Assembly (NCBI GenBank): GCA_002633005.1
Contig: NMRA01000028.1
Coordinates: forward strand, 794,985-858,984
Origin: Phoronis australis
Lineage: Eukaryota > Animalia > Phoronida
Direction of reading: 5' to 3'
Length of the DNA stretch: 64,000 nt
Positions 12,601 to 25,530 of this stretch are shown in pieces (position 1 is the first letter of the stretch; every line of letters begins with the position of its first letter). A model generated the notes under the pieces. It saw only the letters and a program-made list of their open reading frames with translations. It was not told the DNA's origin and did no database searches. The translations under genes were made by a program, and so were the position numbers.

Positions 12601-15600
12601 CTTAAGGCTAAGGAAATATGGCTGCCCTAATACAGGGTGTCACTAAAATGAGAAAACCTACATAAGCAAGGTTAATTACACAATGTGGAATCACAGTCCT
12701 ACATGTACACTGACATTCTGTAATGAGTAACCTGGATGTTCAGGTCAGGATGTAGTGTATAGTGTGCTTAGAGTTACACGAAGTGATTGTTGCATACAGT
12801 ACACTACATTCCCATCTTGCAGCTTCGGGCAATAAAGATGAAGACGTGGACCCCAACTTGATATGGGCTCAGCTACTGAGTTGTCGGGAGTCAGGGTATG
12901 TCAGTGGTTACACTGATGCAACTCTTATTACATAATCTAACCAGTGTGATGTGATCTACTTGATGAATACTGCAAATCTTGCAAGTGTCAAATAAAACTA
13001 TTAATTTGCTGGGACGGCCCATTTACAAGTACCTCTGCCTCAGATTTTTAAAATATCGGATGATGTTAACTACATTATGGAATTGGAAACTAATAAAGTG
13101 CTAACATGGTGCTGGTTATCTTACATAATGTGTTATGCCTCATGCAGTGTCCAAATTGATGACATTTTGCTGTAGCTGGCTGTTTGACCAAACTGTCAAC
13201 CTTTTAATACTCAAATTCCTTCTATAAATAGCAACCATCGCTCCATAACCTAGAGTAGTGTTGACTTCTGGGCTGTGTTCTATTGCCCTGGTATTGGCGA
13301 ATATTTTAATTGTCAAATTTGATGGCCATCAATGCGAAGAAGGCTGCTCACTCACTGTAAAAATGTCTCGAACTGACAACACTCTCATTTCTTTGTCTTA
13401 ATATGTGCAGGTACTTATTAGGTGCCTCATGCGGTGGAGGCAATATGAAAGTGGTTGATTCAGACTACGAGGCCCTAGGCTTGAGAGCCAGGCATGCATA
13501 CTCCATTCTGGACGTGCAAGAAATACAACTTAACAGGTAAGCAGGCGAACTATTGTGTCATTTGGCAAGTGAGAAGATATGACTGTTTTTTTATTGTCTC
13601 CACAGATAAAGGTTTTCTAGTGATGTTGTTTTGCGTTAAACAATTTTTAATTTGGGTCAATCTTTGAAATTTGAGACTGCAAAATTTTTTGGTGCTTATC
13701 AAGTGTTTTTTCTCTGATGTTTCAAAATTGTGGACATGACCCTGAATAGTAAGGTTAACTGTCAACACTATGCTGAAGTATATAATTTAGTACATTCTCC
13801 AACACCTGATTTCACATTGAATTTGTTCGCAAGCAGTCATACTGAATTTGTTTTCTACTTAATGCTTTCAAGTCCTTAGGTTTGCCTGTTTGTTAGTTTC
13901 ATTTGCTCCTTGTAGTTTTCTGTCATTGCTGTTGTCCTGTAAGTTACTTTTCTCTGTTAGCAAGAAATATAGTTTACTGAAGCCTTTGATACGTGTCATG
14001 TTGATTCTTGTTGACATGTTTTGTGTTGATTCTTGTTGATATGTGTTGTGTTGATTCTTGTTGATTTATGTCTTATCACTTGAAAGCATTACAATAGTTT
14101 ACAGTCCACTGGATATTTTAACTGACAATATTGTTTTGATTAGACTCGTGCGACTGCGAAATCCATGGGGGCGGTTTTCCTGGAAAGGCGATTGGTCAGA
14201 TGGCTCAACCAAGTGGAATGAGCTGGACTCAAATGAGAAGGACCGACTGATGGCCCACGGGGCTCACGAAGGGGTTTTCTGGATGTCTTTTCAAGACTTT
14301 ATGAAGTACGTGGCGTTAGATTTGTCTTGTGACAGAGACTACTGAATAAGTTGGTTTAAGGTCATGTGTAACATTATTGGCGATTTTCTGCATTTAACTA
14401 AATAACTACAAAACTATAAAAAAATTATCTGGGTAAAAGTATGTATTTTTGAAAGTAGAAAACCAGTAGAATTTGATTTTTGACTTTTTCCAATTGGTCA
14501 GTTTTTGGCACTTGTGTCGTTTTATTAAAATTAAATGAAGAAAAAAAGGTGTATTCAAAATGAAATAATGATTTCTTTTAAAAATGTCATAAATTTTCTT
14601 TTCATATAAATTTTTTTGATGAACTCTCACTGTTTCAGTTTCCTTAATTATGATCTTTTTTGTCTGATGCTACTAAAAAGTCCTGTATTTGATAATTGAA
14701 CATAATTCCTAACAAAGTTAGAATCCTGTCATCTGCTTCTGAGGTATGTTGTTAAGCCAAACTGGGGCATTTTTCTGTGGTCTCGTATACCCTTAAACTT
14801 GACTAACTTACATGCGTCTTACCACTATAAAATTGTTCTCAAAATGATTTCTGTATTTTCAAAAAAATTAGTTATTCCTCGAGACCATGCTGACACCATA
14901 AAATGGCACGCCATGACAAGCCAACTTGTAGAGTCTTGTCTAGCAATAACGAACTGTTAGTTCTTTTGAAGCCTTTTAATCACCTTGATAATTTGAGTTA
15001 GGAACAGTTTGAGACCTATTTTATTATGGTAAGCAGAGTAGAGCAAGTGTTGATTTTTGTCGTTCATAGTCACTTTAATGTGTTTTTATTTGATAAATTA
15101 TTCCACCTGTCATCTGAAAATTCCTTCTAAAAGATTTCTTGTAAGTGAAGCTCGACTTGGGAAACCTTTCCATCAAATCAATGAAACACATCACAAGTTT
15201 CAACTCACTAATTGAGTGTTAAAGACTTGGTGATTACTTTAACGTTTAGCAATTAAAGCTATTTTATGACGTCTTCTGTCAAAAGTTAACATTTGGTTGA
15301 ACTGATGTCACTTACAATTATTGAGCCCAAATCACTCAAATTAGAGGTAATTTCAGAGCTTGGAAGCAACATTATTTTGCTTAAGACTGTCAGAATATTG
15401 TCTGACAGTATTTTTAGTTCTATTGTTTTGTTTTCTTATTGTGTTTGATTGGCATGACCCCTGAGTTAAGTACAGTGATGATGTAATTTGTTTAATACAA
15501 AATAGTGTGGAGCTTTCTAGAAAACTGAGGTCAGAACAGTGATGATGTAATTTGTTTACTACAGTATAGTGTGGAATTTTCTAGAAGACTCTAGCATGAC

Positions 15601-18600
15601 AGTGATTAATGCAGTCCGGAATATTCTAGAGAGTAGTACATGTTTGTAGAATGGTTGGGTAGATTCTGGAAAGTTCTAGAATGTGCTTGAATTGATGAAA
15701 AGTTCCAGAACAATGCATTAGGCTATAAATACACAAGCACGGGTTTGTGTTAGGGCTGTTCCAGCAAAATCTGTATGGGAGGGGGGGAAGGCACTTTTAT
15801 TTCTCCAACCCACGACCCATAATTTTTTAATTATTTTTAATAGGTTAAAATATAAAATCCAACACTTGCAAGCAAATTGCCTCCAGGAGGACCTGTTAAG
15901 AACTTAGATGATTGACAGACAAGAATGAAAGCGCTCCGAGGAGCGAACCTTGGCGAAATTAACCAAAAAGATGACGATAAAGATGATGACGAAGATGATG
16001 AATATGACGACGATGGTGGCGAGGATGAACAAAAGAAGTAATAATAACATACACATGACGAACGTAGAAGTCCGAAATCAGTAAGAAAAAGGCTACAGTC
16101 TTGTGCGACACTTGGCGAAATTAACGGAAAAGACAACGACGGAGATGATGACGAAGATGATGACGAATATGACGATGGTGGTGGCGATGATGAACAACAT
16201 CACAACATTCATATGATGAACTTAGATGTCATAAATCAATAAGAAATAGGCTACAGTCTAGTTCAATAGAAGATAAACCAACATCAATGCAGCAAGAGCG
16301 CTCAACAAAGGAACAGCGTTATCAGAAAATCTCAAATAACTCGAAAAGTAGACGCCCTAGCGAAAAATGGAAAACATCTTCTGAAAGCCCGTTCAAAATT
16401 CTATCTAAACTGATGGTATCGCCTAATTCCGTAAATTTTTCGAAAAAAATGAAATTTTGCGTTTTTTTAAGAAATTCAAAGTCAAATAACTCGAAAACGG
16501 TAAGTCTGAGAAAAAAATTGTTACAGGCCATTTGAAAGAATATACTTCAAAGAATCCACATGCAAAAAATCACGTCTTTTTCTCTTCCCGTTTAAAATCG
16601 CACTCCAGCACGACTGAAAATGGGTCAACATGCGCCAGATCCGCCATCTTGAAAGCAACTTCCGGTTTTTTGGTTTTGTATAATAGCATGTCATAAGAAA
16701 CTAATACCTGTAAAAATTCGAAGGAATTGGTCTGATAATGCGCCCTCTACAGGAGAAAACGTTTTTAGGCCAAAATCGAGGTGCGCATGCGCGATCGCCG
16801 ATATTTCCGCCATCTTTAACCGGAAGTAAACAATTTCCGGCATACTTGTAGCAAACTTCCGGTCCATTTACTGTGCCGATTCTTAGCTTTTTACGTAAAA
16901 AATTGTAGCCTCCAGAAGCATTTGAACCTTTAAATGGAAACAAAATGGCCGCCACAGCCGCCATCTTGGATCCGATTTTGACGAAAAACAATAGGCTTCC
17001 AGTACTTCCGGAACTACGTATTATGTGTAAATTTCGGGATGATCGGACGAAAATTGCGACCTGTATCGTGCGAACAAACAAAAAAAAAAACTTAGTGGAA
17101 GAGCAACATTCTTGGCGAAATTTATTTTGCCAAGTAACTAGTTGTCTTGTCCAATATTGTCAAAAACTAAAGTAGCCTGTGAGAAATACTTTTGGCAGCC
17201 ACCAGGTGTCTCTGTTCACCATGTATCTATAATTTCAATGAACATTTTTTCAATTATAAGGATCTATGAATCTCAAACTGTCTCCACGAACTCTTTTATA
17301 CTTCTATGTCAAGTGAATATTGGAACTTGTTTATCTTACTCCTCATACTTTTTATTTAAAAATCATCAAATTTCTTACATGTGTTAGCACCAGTTTAGTG
17401 TTGCATAACTAACTTTTTAATTAAATGGGACTGCAGACAAATAGTTGGCTCAAATCAAGTTGCTCATGACTTGATTAATGGCTTAGTGAGCTTATTGCAC
17501 TCTGTTCACTGGCAACATGGGCTTTTTGTATTGAGATAAGTTAGGATATATGCCAATTGCAAAAAATACCACCCATTTCTAATGCATCACTACAGGAACG
17601 ACCACCCATAATTTGAGTTTTTTTCTGAAGACCACCACCCATGAATTTTTATTTCTACTGCCGTCCCCCCCCCTCCCACACGGATTTTACTGGAACAGCC
17701 CTTAGTCAGATCAAGTCAGATAATCATCAGGAGATTAAGTCAGTGAGATCAAGTCAGTTCAAGAGAAGATCAAGTCAGTTCAAGTGAGATCAAGTACCTT
17801 CAATAAAGTTAATCAGGAGAATTACAGTTGAGTTGCAGTGAAGAGAATCAGCAGTTACAGCGATAGTCAATAGAGAGCCAGCTATAGAGACAGCAGATTA
17901 TTGAATCAACGAGTGTAACAGTTGCTGAAAGTGTATCAGAAGTTCATCGCTAAGTCAAGGCTTCGCAGCACTGGCTGGAGCATAGAACAGACATTACGTC
18001 GGACATTTTGTTTGAGTAGGCTTGTGAACTTACGGTCGGGATTAATAAAGGATTAACTCGAACCAGTCTTCAGTCAATCGTCGCACCGAAAGCTATTAGC
18101 ACCGGTCTGTAACAACCTGCGCCCACCCATACACGGGGAAAAATGTGACAAAGACCAGCTTCAACAAATTACCTGGCAACGGAGGGTCCAACAAAGTACC
18201 TGGTCACGGAGGGTCTTTTTATGTAAATTCTTTCCAAGCCCACACACCTTTTCTAATCTAAGGAAGGAACAAGTTGAGACCAGTTTTGTAACACAAAGTG
18301 ATCTAAATCAAACGTTTTTTTCTTTGATGCAGCGTGGGTTTATTGGAGGGGTATTGATGTCTCTTCCAGTCACTAGGTGCCTTATCCACCAGGGGGTGAG
18401 ATCATCTTGTCCTGCAGCTGTTAATGTGTCTCCCAGTCACCAGGTGGCGAAACTGTCTCGGCTTCTAGCTGTTGATGTCCCTTCCGTTCACCAGGTGGTG
18501 AGACCATCTTGTACTCTAGTTGTTGATGTCTCTTCTTTTCATTTTGCTGATTCAGTTTGTTTGGAAAATTCAGTTCTTGCCCATGTGGTGATTTTTATTC

Positions 18601-21600
18601 GTAGAATTGTTGAAAAACGTTATTTTTCAGTTGTCTTTTCACAGGTATTTTGACTGTGTAGACGTGTGTAAAGTTCATCCCGACTGGGCAGAGGTTCGTT
18701 TGTCTGGTGAATTCCCTCCCAATACTCAGTCACCCTCCAAGGCCGTCATGTTTATTGTAGAACAAACAACTGAGATTGAATTTGGACTCTTCCAAGAGGG
18801 GAGAAGGTGAGTGGGACTAATTATTAAACGTGTTGTATTGGTATGCTTTCAATTGTCGACTCATCAAGTGTGAAACTTACATAGCTTTGCTTAATGAAAA
18901 CGAGAGCGCTCGAAGGAGCGACACTTGGCGGAATTAATCGAAAAGACGACGAACACGATATCATTCATGTGACTAGCGAAGAAATCAAATAGAGAGCACA
19001 CAATCAACTACAATAAAGAATGAAAGCCTGTTCAAAACTCTATCTAAAGTGGTAGTTTGGCAAACACGATAACATTCATGTGACTAGCGAAGAAATCAAA
19101 TAGAGAGCATACAATCAACTACAATAAAGAACAATAGATGGCGCAACATGACGGNNNNNNNNNNNNNNNNNNNNNNNNNNNNNNNNNNNNNNNNNNNNNN
19201 NNNNNNNNNNNNNNNNNNNNNNNNNNNNNNNNNNNNNNNNNNNNNNNNNNNNNNNNNNNNNNNNNNNNNNNNNNNNNNNNGCTGGGTCAGTCTGGGTCAA
19301 CTAGGCATAACCAAAATAAAGTGAACTGAATGCCAGCCAGCTGTGTGCTTGCATAAGTGAACGAAGGAACAACGGCATTCGAAAATCTCGAATAATTCAA
19401 AAGTAGACGTTGTAGCGCAAAATGGAAAATATCTTCTGAATGCCCGTCCACAACTCTACGTACTTTGATAGAGCATACAATCAACTACAATAAAGAACAA
19501 TAGATGGCGCAACATTATGGACGAGGCATGCTTTGCAGTAGGACAGTGCTCGCTGGGTCAGTCTGGGTCAACTAGGCATAACCAAAACCAAATGAGCTGA
19601 AAGCCAGCCAGCTGCGTGTGACCGAAGGAACAACGGTATCCGAAAATCTCGAATAATTCCAAAAGTAGACGTCGTAGCGCAAAACGGAAAATATCTCCTG
19701 AAGCCCGTTCAAAACTCTATCTAAAGTGGTAGTTTGGCAAAAATCAAAAAAAAATTTCGAGAAAATTAAAAATTTGCCGTTTTTTTTTTTTGAAATTCAA
19801 AATCAAATAACTCGAAAACGGTAAGTCTGAGAAATACGCTCTCGCAGACTTTTTGAAAGGTCATACTTCAAGGAATCCACATGCAAAAATTCACGTCATT
19901 TGCTCTTCCCATAAAAAATGCGACACCAGAGCGATTGAAACCGTAAGAACATGCCCCACAGCCGCCATCTTGAAAGTGATTTCCGGTTCAATAATTTTTT
20001 ATAAAAGCTTATTAAACTCAACAAACACGTGACCAGTTTGAAAGTAATTGATTTGCAAATACGCCCTCTACAGGAGAAAACGTTTTTGGCCATATTTCAG
20101 GGTGCGCATGCGCCACGTCCAATATTTCCGCCATCTTTAACCGGAAGTAAACGATTTTCTGCACAATTGTAGCACATGCGTTCTAGTATATTCGTACCGA
20201 TTTTCTGCCATGTAGGTCGAAAAATGCGGCCTCTACGAGTATTTGGCTGTGAAATCGGATACAAAATGGCCACCACGTCCGCCATTTTGTATCCGATCAT
20301 GACCAAAAACAATATCGTTCTAGCAGTTCCCGATCTACACGTTGTGTGCCAATTTCGTGAAAATCGGACGAAAATTGCGACCTGTAGAGAGCGAACAAAA
20401 AAAAAAAACTTGCTGTCAGACCAACATACTTGGCGGAAAAATTCCGCCAAGTAATTACAAGCTTGACAACGACATCTTTACATCCTGTGTCATGTTAAAG
20501 CTATTGAACAATGCTACTGACGTCATGGCAACAATGAAACTTGATGCTGGCGTACTTAAGACGAATTCCAAGTCTATAAGAGCAGATCCTGATTGTTTGA
20601 ACCCAACTTGATTGATAACTAGACAAAGTGCTAGTCAGAACATTAGGCACCATGTCAGAGATTTGTCATGAGATGAGTCATCTGAGGCAGATTGTATTCA
20701 CATCATCACTTAACATTTACCACTTTCATTTCAATTGATATGATAATCAATTAACAATTGAGCATGGTGGCTCAAAGTTTGAGTGGCATGATGGTCAGTT
20801 TGAGCGTGAGTGTTCAACATTTGAGCATGGTGGCCCAAAAAGCTAGCTAATAATGCAGCCTTTGATTCTGGCAAAATGCCAACTGGTAATTAGTTTCTAA
20901 CTTGTCTATTTTTTAGGGGTTCAGACAAGTCTGAGTACTCGGCTGTTGACTTATGTATCATAGTTCTGCAATCGAGCCCAGACGGGACCGTGGGCCCCCT
21001 AGTGGCACACAGTAAACGACAGATACGAGGCTTCATCGGATGCCACGCTATGTTAGAGCCTGGACACTATGTCATTGCATCTGTGGCATTTAATCATTGG
21101 AAGTTGGGTAAGTGCTTAGTTTCTGTAGCTAACAGCAGCCTCACACTGTGGGTTGTTCCCATTGTCCGACTAAGAACATAATTGACATGATCAATGTTAA
21201 TCCTCTTAGGTGCAGTGAGCCTAATGATAAATTTGTGACCATAAGACTCAGACGTGCTTTACGTAAATTGAAATGTTCAATGTTCACTGCTGTTTTAAAA
21301 GTTTAGTTTAACTTGATTGGTATGATGAACTATTTAAGATTTATAGTATTTACTAAGCACATTTTCTGTTTAATATGCTATATTATGTGCCCACATACAG
21401 AAGGGTTTGATTTGCCCTTCACCTAGTTTATGATACTTATGTAATAGACACTCCATTCCATTTGCGGTGCAGACGTGGGCGCATTTCAATGCTCTTGTTA
21501 AACACTGCAATCTAGTTTGTCCCAACATGCTTTTAACTGTGTATAGCAATACGCCAAAGCTTCCTCTTATCCGAACAATACTCCCAAGCTCCATCCTAGT

Positions 21601-24600
21601 ATCACCAGAGTCCGATTTGGTGAGTACCAGCTCACGTTTCGCGAGCTCGAGGCTTACTCGCCAAATGCGTTTTCAATTTTTTGTTTTTTACCTTTAACTA
21701 TTGATGGTTTACATTTTCATAAAAATTCACCAAAAATGTTACAGTACCTCAGTGGCGCAGCTGCTATCCTCTCCCCAGATCGCCAAAAATTTTGAGCGCT
21801 ACAATCCCCCCCCTCATCGTCAACGATGTAAGGCAGCCACAAGCCACCTCTCCTTGCTACAGTTTGCGTCGTCCCTCGTGGGTTTGCCCTCACCCATTGG
21901 GGTGTCGCCCTGCTGCCCACCTCACTTTCGGGATGTGGTCTGGAGAGGACCCCCCCCCCTCCAGCTATGCTGCCGCAATATGTAGTTGTATCGTTGTGGA
22001 TCCTGGACTGATCATTCATGATAAAACGTGCATCGATGGAACTTCATAATTCATTCCAACCTTCAAGCAAATCTGACAGTAAGAAACATATTTATAAATC
22101 TAATTTTACCTTTAGGTAAAGTTTGTATCTATTGGCAGCAACTTAAAAATACGAATTACAATTTCAAATATATTGAAAGGGAAGTCTTTGGCTATTTCAT
22201 AATTCAAAAAGACATATTTTACAAAAATTTAAAATTTGACGATTTCAATGAGTTTGCCCCTTTGTTTTGAGGTAACTTGTAGTTGCAAATGACCCCTACC
22301 ACAGGGTTGCTTGTGGTTATGAATGTTTTGCCCAACTTCCCAATCATGTTTTGTCATTTGTATTTTGTTTGATAAAGATTTATAAAAAATCATGTTTCAA
22401 GTTGCATAATTGTTTTAGAAATCTCCTTCAAAACAAGCATGTTATATGCAAAACACAAGATCTACTTCAAGATTTGTTGCAAGTTGACAACATTTCTCAG
22501 AAATGTGTCCAAGCGAGTCATGCATTTTCCGCGTCAGTTACTGTGCAGGAGGGAGGGGTGGCAACTGTCTGTTCTGCGCCTTTATTACGCTATCAATGTC
22601 TTTGAAACGAGAATTGCATATATAAAAGACGTTTGTACAATGGAGAATGAAAATGTTTTAATCCAAGGTGTCTAGTTTGTTACGGCAGACATTAGCGCTC
22701 ACTGTATGGTAGGACCAAGTTTTAGAACGTAGGTCTGTTTCAGTGAGACATGACGGCGGATGAACCTTTGTTTCAGGAAATATTGTTTGCACCTATATCT
22801 CAATGCAGTTCTCATGTTTGAATTGAGTGTGGACGGTGCAAATACTTTGGGAAATGCGTTTATGTACATAACACGATCATAGATTGTTTAGTAGTGAGAA
22901 TCATGTTTGTAAGTATCATGCAGTAGACGTGCTATGGCAACAGTGTGCCAATAGTTGTGACAGCTTGTCACCGTGAGCTCATGACTAGCGTAATCATGAA
23001 CTGAAAATTAAAATGTGGTTGAGTTGCATAGACAAAATGCTCAATTGTAGCGCTACGTCTGAGGGAACTGTGGCAATTCTGAAAAAGTGCTTTATTCCAA
23101 CATTTCCAACATGACTGATTTCAAAGTTGTTGAATTCAATGGAATGATACACATGGTTACTTTTTTATATATCATAAAGAGTTAATGAATAAATAACACT
23201 TCATTAAAAATCCCTAGTATCTCACTGTAACAGTCGCGTTTCTTTGTTGGTTTTTTTTTTTGATCGTGGCCTACTAGACCTGGCTGCAGTGTAGGCATCA
23301 CAATGGGTCGCATCGCAAGCGACACCTTTCGGATGTCTACAGTACTAAAAATTTGGCGTCTTCAAATCCAAAATGGTGAGCTGAGGTTTTACCCTACTCA
23401 CCATTTGCGAGTTGGCCGTTTTCTTAACTTCAGACACAGTACTCCCAAGCTCCCTCCTGGCCTCACAGTCTTACCAAGCTCCCTCCTAGCTCCACAGTAC
23501 TCCCAAGCTCCTTCCTGGCTCCACAGTAATCCCAAGCTCCCTCCTGGCCTCACAGTCTTACCAAGCGCCCTCCTGGCCCCACAGTACTCTCAAGCTCCCT
23601 CCTGGCTCCACAGTACTCCCAAGCTCCCTCCTAGCTCCACAGTNNNNNNNNNNNNNNNNNNNNNNNNNNNNNNNNNNNNNNNNNNNNNNNNNNNNNNNNN
23701 NNNNNNNNNNNNNNNNNNNNNNNNNNNNNNNNNNNNNNNNNNNNNNNNNNNNNNNNNNNNNNNNNNNNNNNNNNNNNNNNNNNNNNNCTCCACAGTACTC
23801 TCAAGCTCCCTCCTAGCTCCACAGTACTCTCAAGCTCCCTCCTAGCTCCACAGTACTCCCAAGTTCCCTCCTAGCCCCACAGTCTTACCAAGCTCCCTCC
23901 TGGCCCCACAATCTCACCAAGCTCCCTCCTGGCCCCACAGTCTTACCAAGCTCCTTCCTGGCCCCACAGTACTCCTAAGCTCCCTTCTGGCCTCACAGTC
24001 TTACCAAGCGCCCTCCTCGCCTCACAGTCGTACCAAGCTCCTTCCTAGCTCCACAGTACTTCCAAGCTCCCACTGGGACTCATGTGTTGTGTGTGCTGCA
24101 ATTATATTAGTGAAGGTGATGCTGCAGTAAATTTTAATGACAGTGAAACTCAGTTCTTCCTTGGTTAATTCACAGATACCACCCAGCCAGATCCCTCCAC
24201 ATTCCCGTCTTATGTCGTCTGTCTTCATAGTTCCAAGCCCGTCATCACCGAACAGATAGTACCTGATGGGTTTCACTTTCTGGCTGATGCTATCATCCAA
24301 CTGACTATTGCCACGGGAACAAGGCATGAGGTATGCTATGGTGATCATTGTTTGACCAGCAAAGTAATTCAGCTGGCATATTCTGGTCTGCACATGCTGT
24401 GTTTTGGACATAGACTAAAAATATTAAATGACCATTTTAAAGAGGAAATGGACAGTTTTTTATGTTACCTTTACTACATCGTCTTCTTGCTATTTGCTAC
24501 AGGGTCGTGAGGGGATGACAGCGTATTACCTGACACGTGGCTGGGCTGGTCTGGTCGTGGTCATAGAGAATAGACTGCATGATAAGATAATACAAGTGGA

Positions 24601-25530
24601 ATGTGATTGTACAGAGAGTAAGAATGTTGTATCTACTCGGGGCAGACTTTTGACACTGGACTCTATACCTCCATTACATAGGTATGTAATGTCATGATCA
24701 ACACATAGTCCAAAATATGGAGGACTGTATACCGCAGTGGTTTGTACTGCAGACTCTCACTTATGAGGTCAGAATTCAAATCCTGTGTTCACTGGCAGAT
24801 TATGAACAAAGCAGTAATGGTGTCTTGTCTTCTGCACAGTTTTGACGTGTGTGGAAGGGTGAGAATGTGGAGTGAATGTGTTAAGGGTCATCATGGAAAG
24901 CTGTGGTCAGCTGTTGTGAGGTTATCCTCTTTGAAATATTCTGAAAACAGAGGGTGTCATAAGGAGTGTAAATGTATGGAGCCAAGTACATTCACTGAAG
25001 ACTCTGGACCTTCGTGTCAGTACACATGGTGCATCCTGGAGAGTCATCAACATGTCATCAATTTTGTCTCAAGCAAAACACTTTGTGTTACTTGAAGTGT
25101 GTCTACATGAACAAAAAATGGCATTTCTGCAGTGGGGCCCTGTGCAGTGTGGTCACAATCCCATTCATCACAAGTAGTGTTTCTAACGTAACTATATAAG
25201 TGAGTGTGACTGCTCAGTGTTCAGTACAAGTGGCATGAGTACTTGTAGAGCTACACCTGTTCATTAAAAGTTACACTGAGTTCAGGATATTGCTATAAGC
25301 CCTATTACTCAGTAGGACTACTGTTATAATACTTTGTCACTGTTTGTTTCAGGCAAGTGTTGATCATACTGTCTCAGCTGGAAGGGAATGGTGGCTACTC
25401 CATCTCTCACCGTCTGGTTCACAGACTGTCATCATCCACTAGTCTAGAAAGATGGCAGCTCAGTGGGGTTAGTCATGACCCAAAGATAGGGGAAGATGTC
25501 TATGGCTTACATGCACCACGACCAATCTGA
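3495..25530 (+). CDS. CAPN15: Calpain-15 / small optic lobes (SOL) calpain, 13 coding exons: 3495-3619, 5009-6443, 7483-7691, 7868-8051, 8410-8554, 12823-12895, 13411-13536, 14144-14305, 18645-18806, 20917-21107, 24176-24330, 24503-24681, 25353-25530 (3324 nt, ~1107 aa)
   Basis: All introns are GT-AG with matching phases. N-terminus [12 protein letters not shown] resembles SOL. Seven C-x2-C...C-x2-C RanBP2-type fingers. CysPc motifs: [21 protein letters not shown] (catalytic Cys), [26 protein letters not shown] (His), [16 protein letters not shown] (Asn). SOL-homology domain LADAIIQL...[24 protein letters not shown]...[19 protein letters not shown]...HAPRPI*. Confidence 0.96.
5009..6443 (+). 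CDS. CAPN15: CAPN15 exon 2 (six further RanBP2-type zinc fingers)
   Basis: Lies within ORF 4998-6473: WICTKC, WICNHC, WECVKC, WECSKC, WQCSVC, KKCEQC fingers; donor CAG|GTGGAG. Confidence 0.92.
8685..12398. mobile_element. Non-autonomous DNA transposon in CAPN15 intron 5 (29-bp perfect TIRs, 4-bp TSD GTAG); superfamily unassigned
   Basis: Left end CAGGAAGAGATAACCAGGAAGGGACAACT (8685-8713); exact reverse complement at 12370-12398; GTAG on both flanks; no long ORF inside. Confidence 0.9.
10634..10991 (+). repeat. Exact 358-bp copy of 8032-8389 (last 20 nt of CAPN15 exon 4 plus most of intron 4)
   Basis: gtcatttagtctactccaag|gtgggtggg...catgtttacttcta matches at a constant offset of 2602 nt. 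Confidence 0.95.
15753..17701. mobile_element. PIF/Harbinger-type non-autonomous element inserted in the solo LTR
   Basis: TIRs GGGCTGTTCCAG(C/T)AAAATC... / ...GATTTTACTGGAACAGCCC with a TTA target-site duplication. Confidence 0.85.
15919..17137 (-). mobile_element. Helentron-associated non-autonomous element (HINE/DINE-1-like), family A copy 1, nested in the Harbinger element
   Basis: Hairpin cgctccgaggagcg next to subterminal CTTGGCGAAAT at one end; stem-loop cttggcgaaatttattttgccaag at the other; extensive similarity to 18898-20455. Confidence 0.7.
18898..20455 (-). mobile_element. HINE family A copy 2 in CAPN15 intron 9 (contains an assembly gap)
   Basis: gagcgctcgaaggagcg-acacttggcggaa at one end, tacttggcggaaaaattccgccaagta hairpin at the other; shares blocks with copy 1 such as ctctacaggagaaaacgtttt and atatttccgccatctttaaccggaagtaaac. 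Confidence 0.7.
21384..21499 (+). mobile_element. Internally deleted mini-copy of the 31313-33254 HINE family
   Basis: tatgtgcccacata 5' end and gtgggcgcatttcaatgctcttgtt 3' end only about 100 bp apart. Confidence 0.5.
23435..24070. repeat. 28-bp minisatellite (cacagtactcccaagctccctcctggct) in CAPN15 intron 10, with a gap
   Basis: More than 15 visible tandem units on both sides of the N-run; ends about 100 bp before exon 11. Confidence 0.92.
24176..24330 (+). CDS. CAPN15: CAPN15 exon 11 (SOL domain); missed by the ORF track
   Basis: cacag|AT..., [52 protein letters not shown], donor GAG|GTATGC; phases match exons 10 and 12. Confidence 0.92.

Larger units (their letters stand above)
15388..18150 (+). 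mobile_element. Solo LTR (~0.8 kb after removing the nested insertion) in CAPN15 intron 8
   Basis: TGTCA...TGACA termini, 5-bp TSD AAGAC (15383-15387 and 18151-18155), TATA box ggctataaata at ~15721, AATAAA signals at ~17802 and ~18044. Confidence 0.85.

Noticed and set aside
15960-16210. Asp/Glu-rich coding-like GAT/GAC repeats
   Set aside because: A duplicated ~160-bp low-complexity block inside a HINE, with no sustained ORF or splice context.
18950-19520. Local duplications around the N gap in HINE copy 2
   Set aside because: They adjoin an assembly gap, so true tandem repeats cannot be told apart from mis-assembly.
23303-23845. 180-aa repetitive ORF (HSTPKLPP...)
   Set aside because: Read-through of a 28-bp minisatellite (not a multiple of 3) plus an N gap; the CAPN15 model is complete without it.
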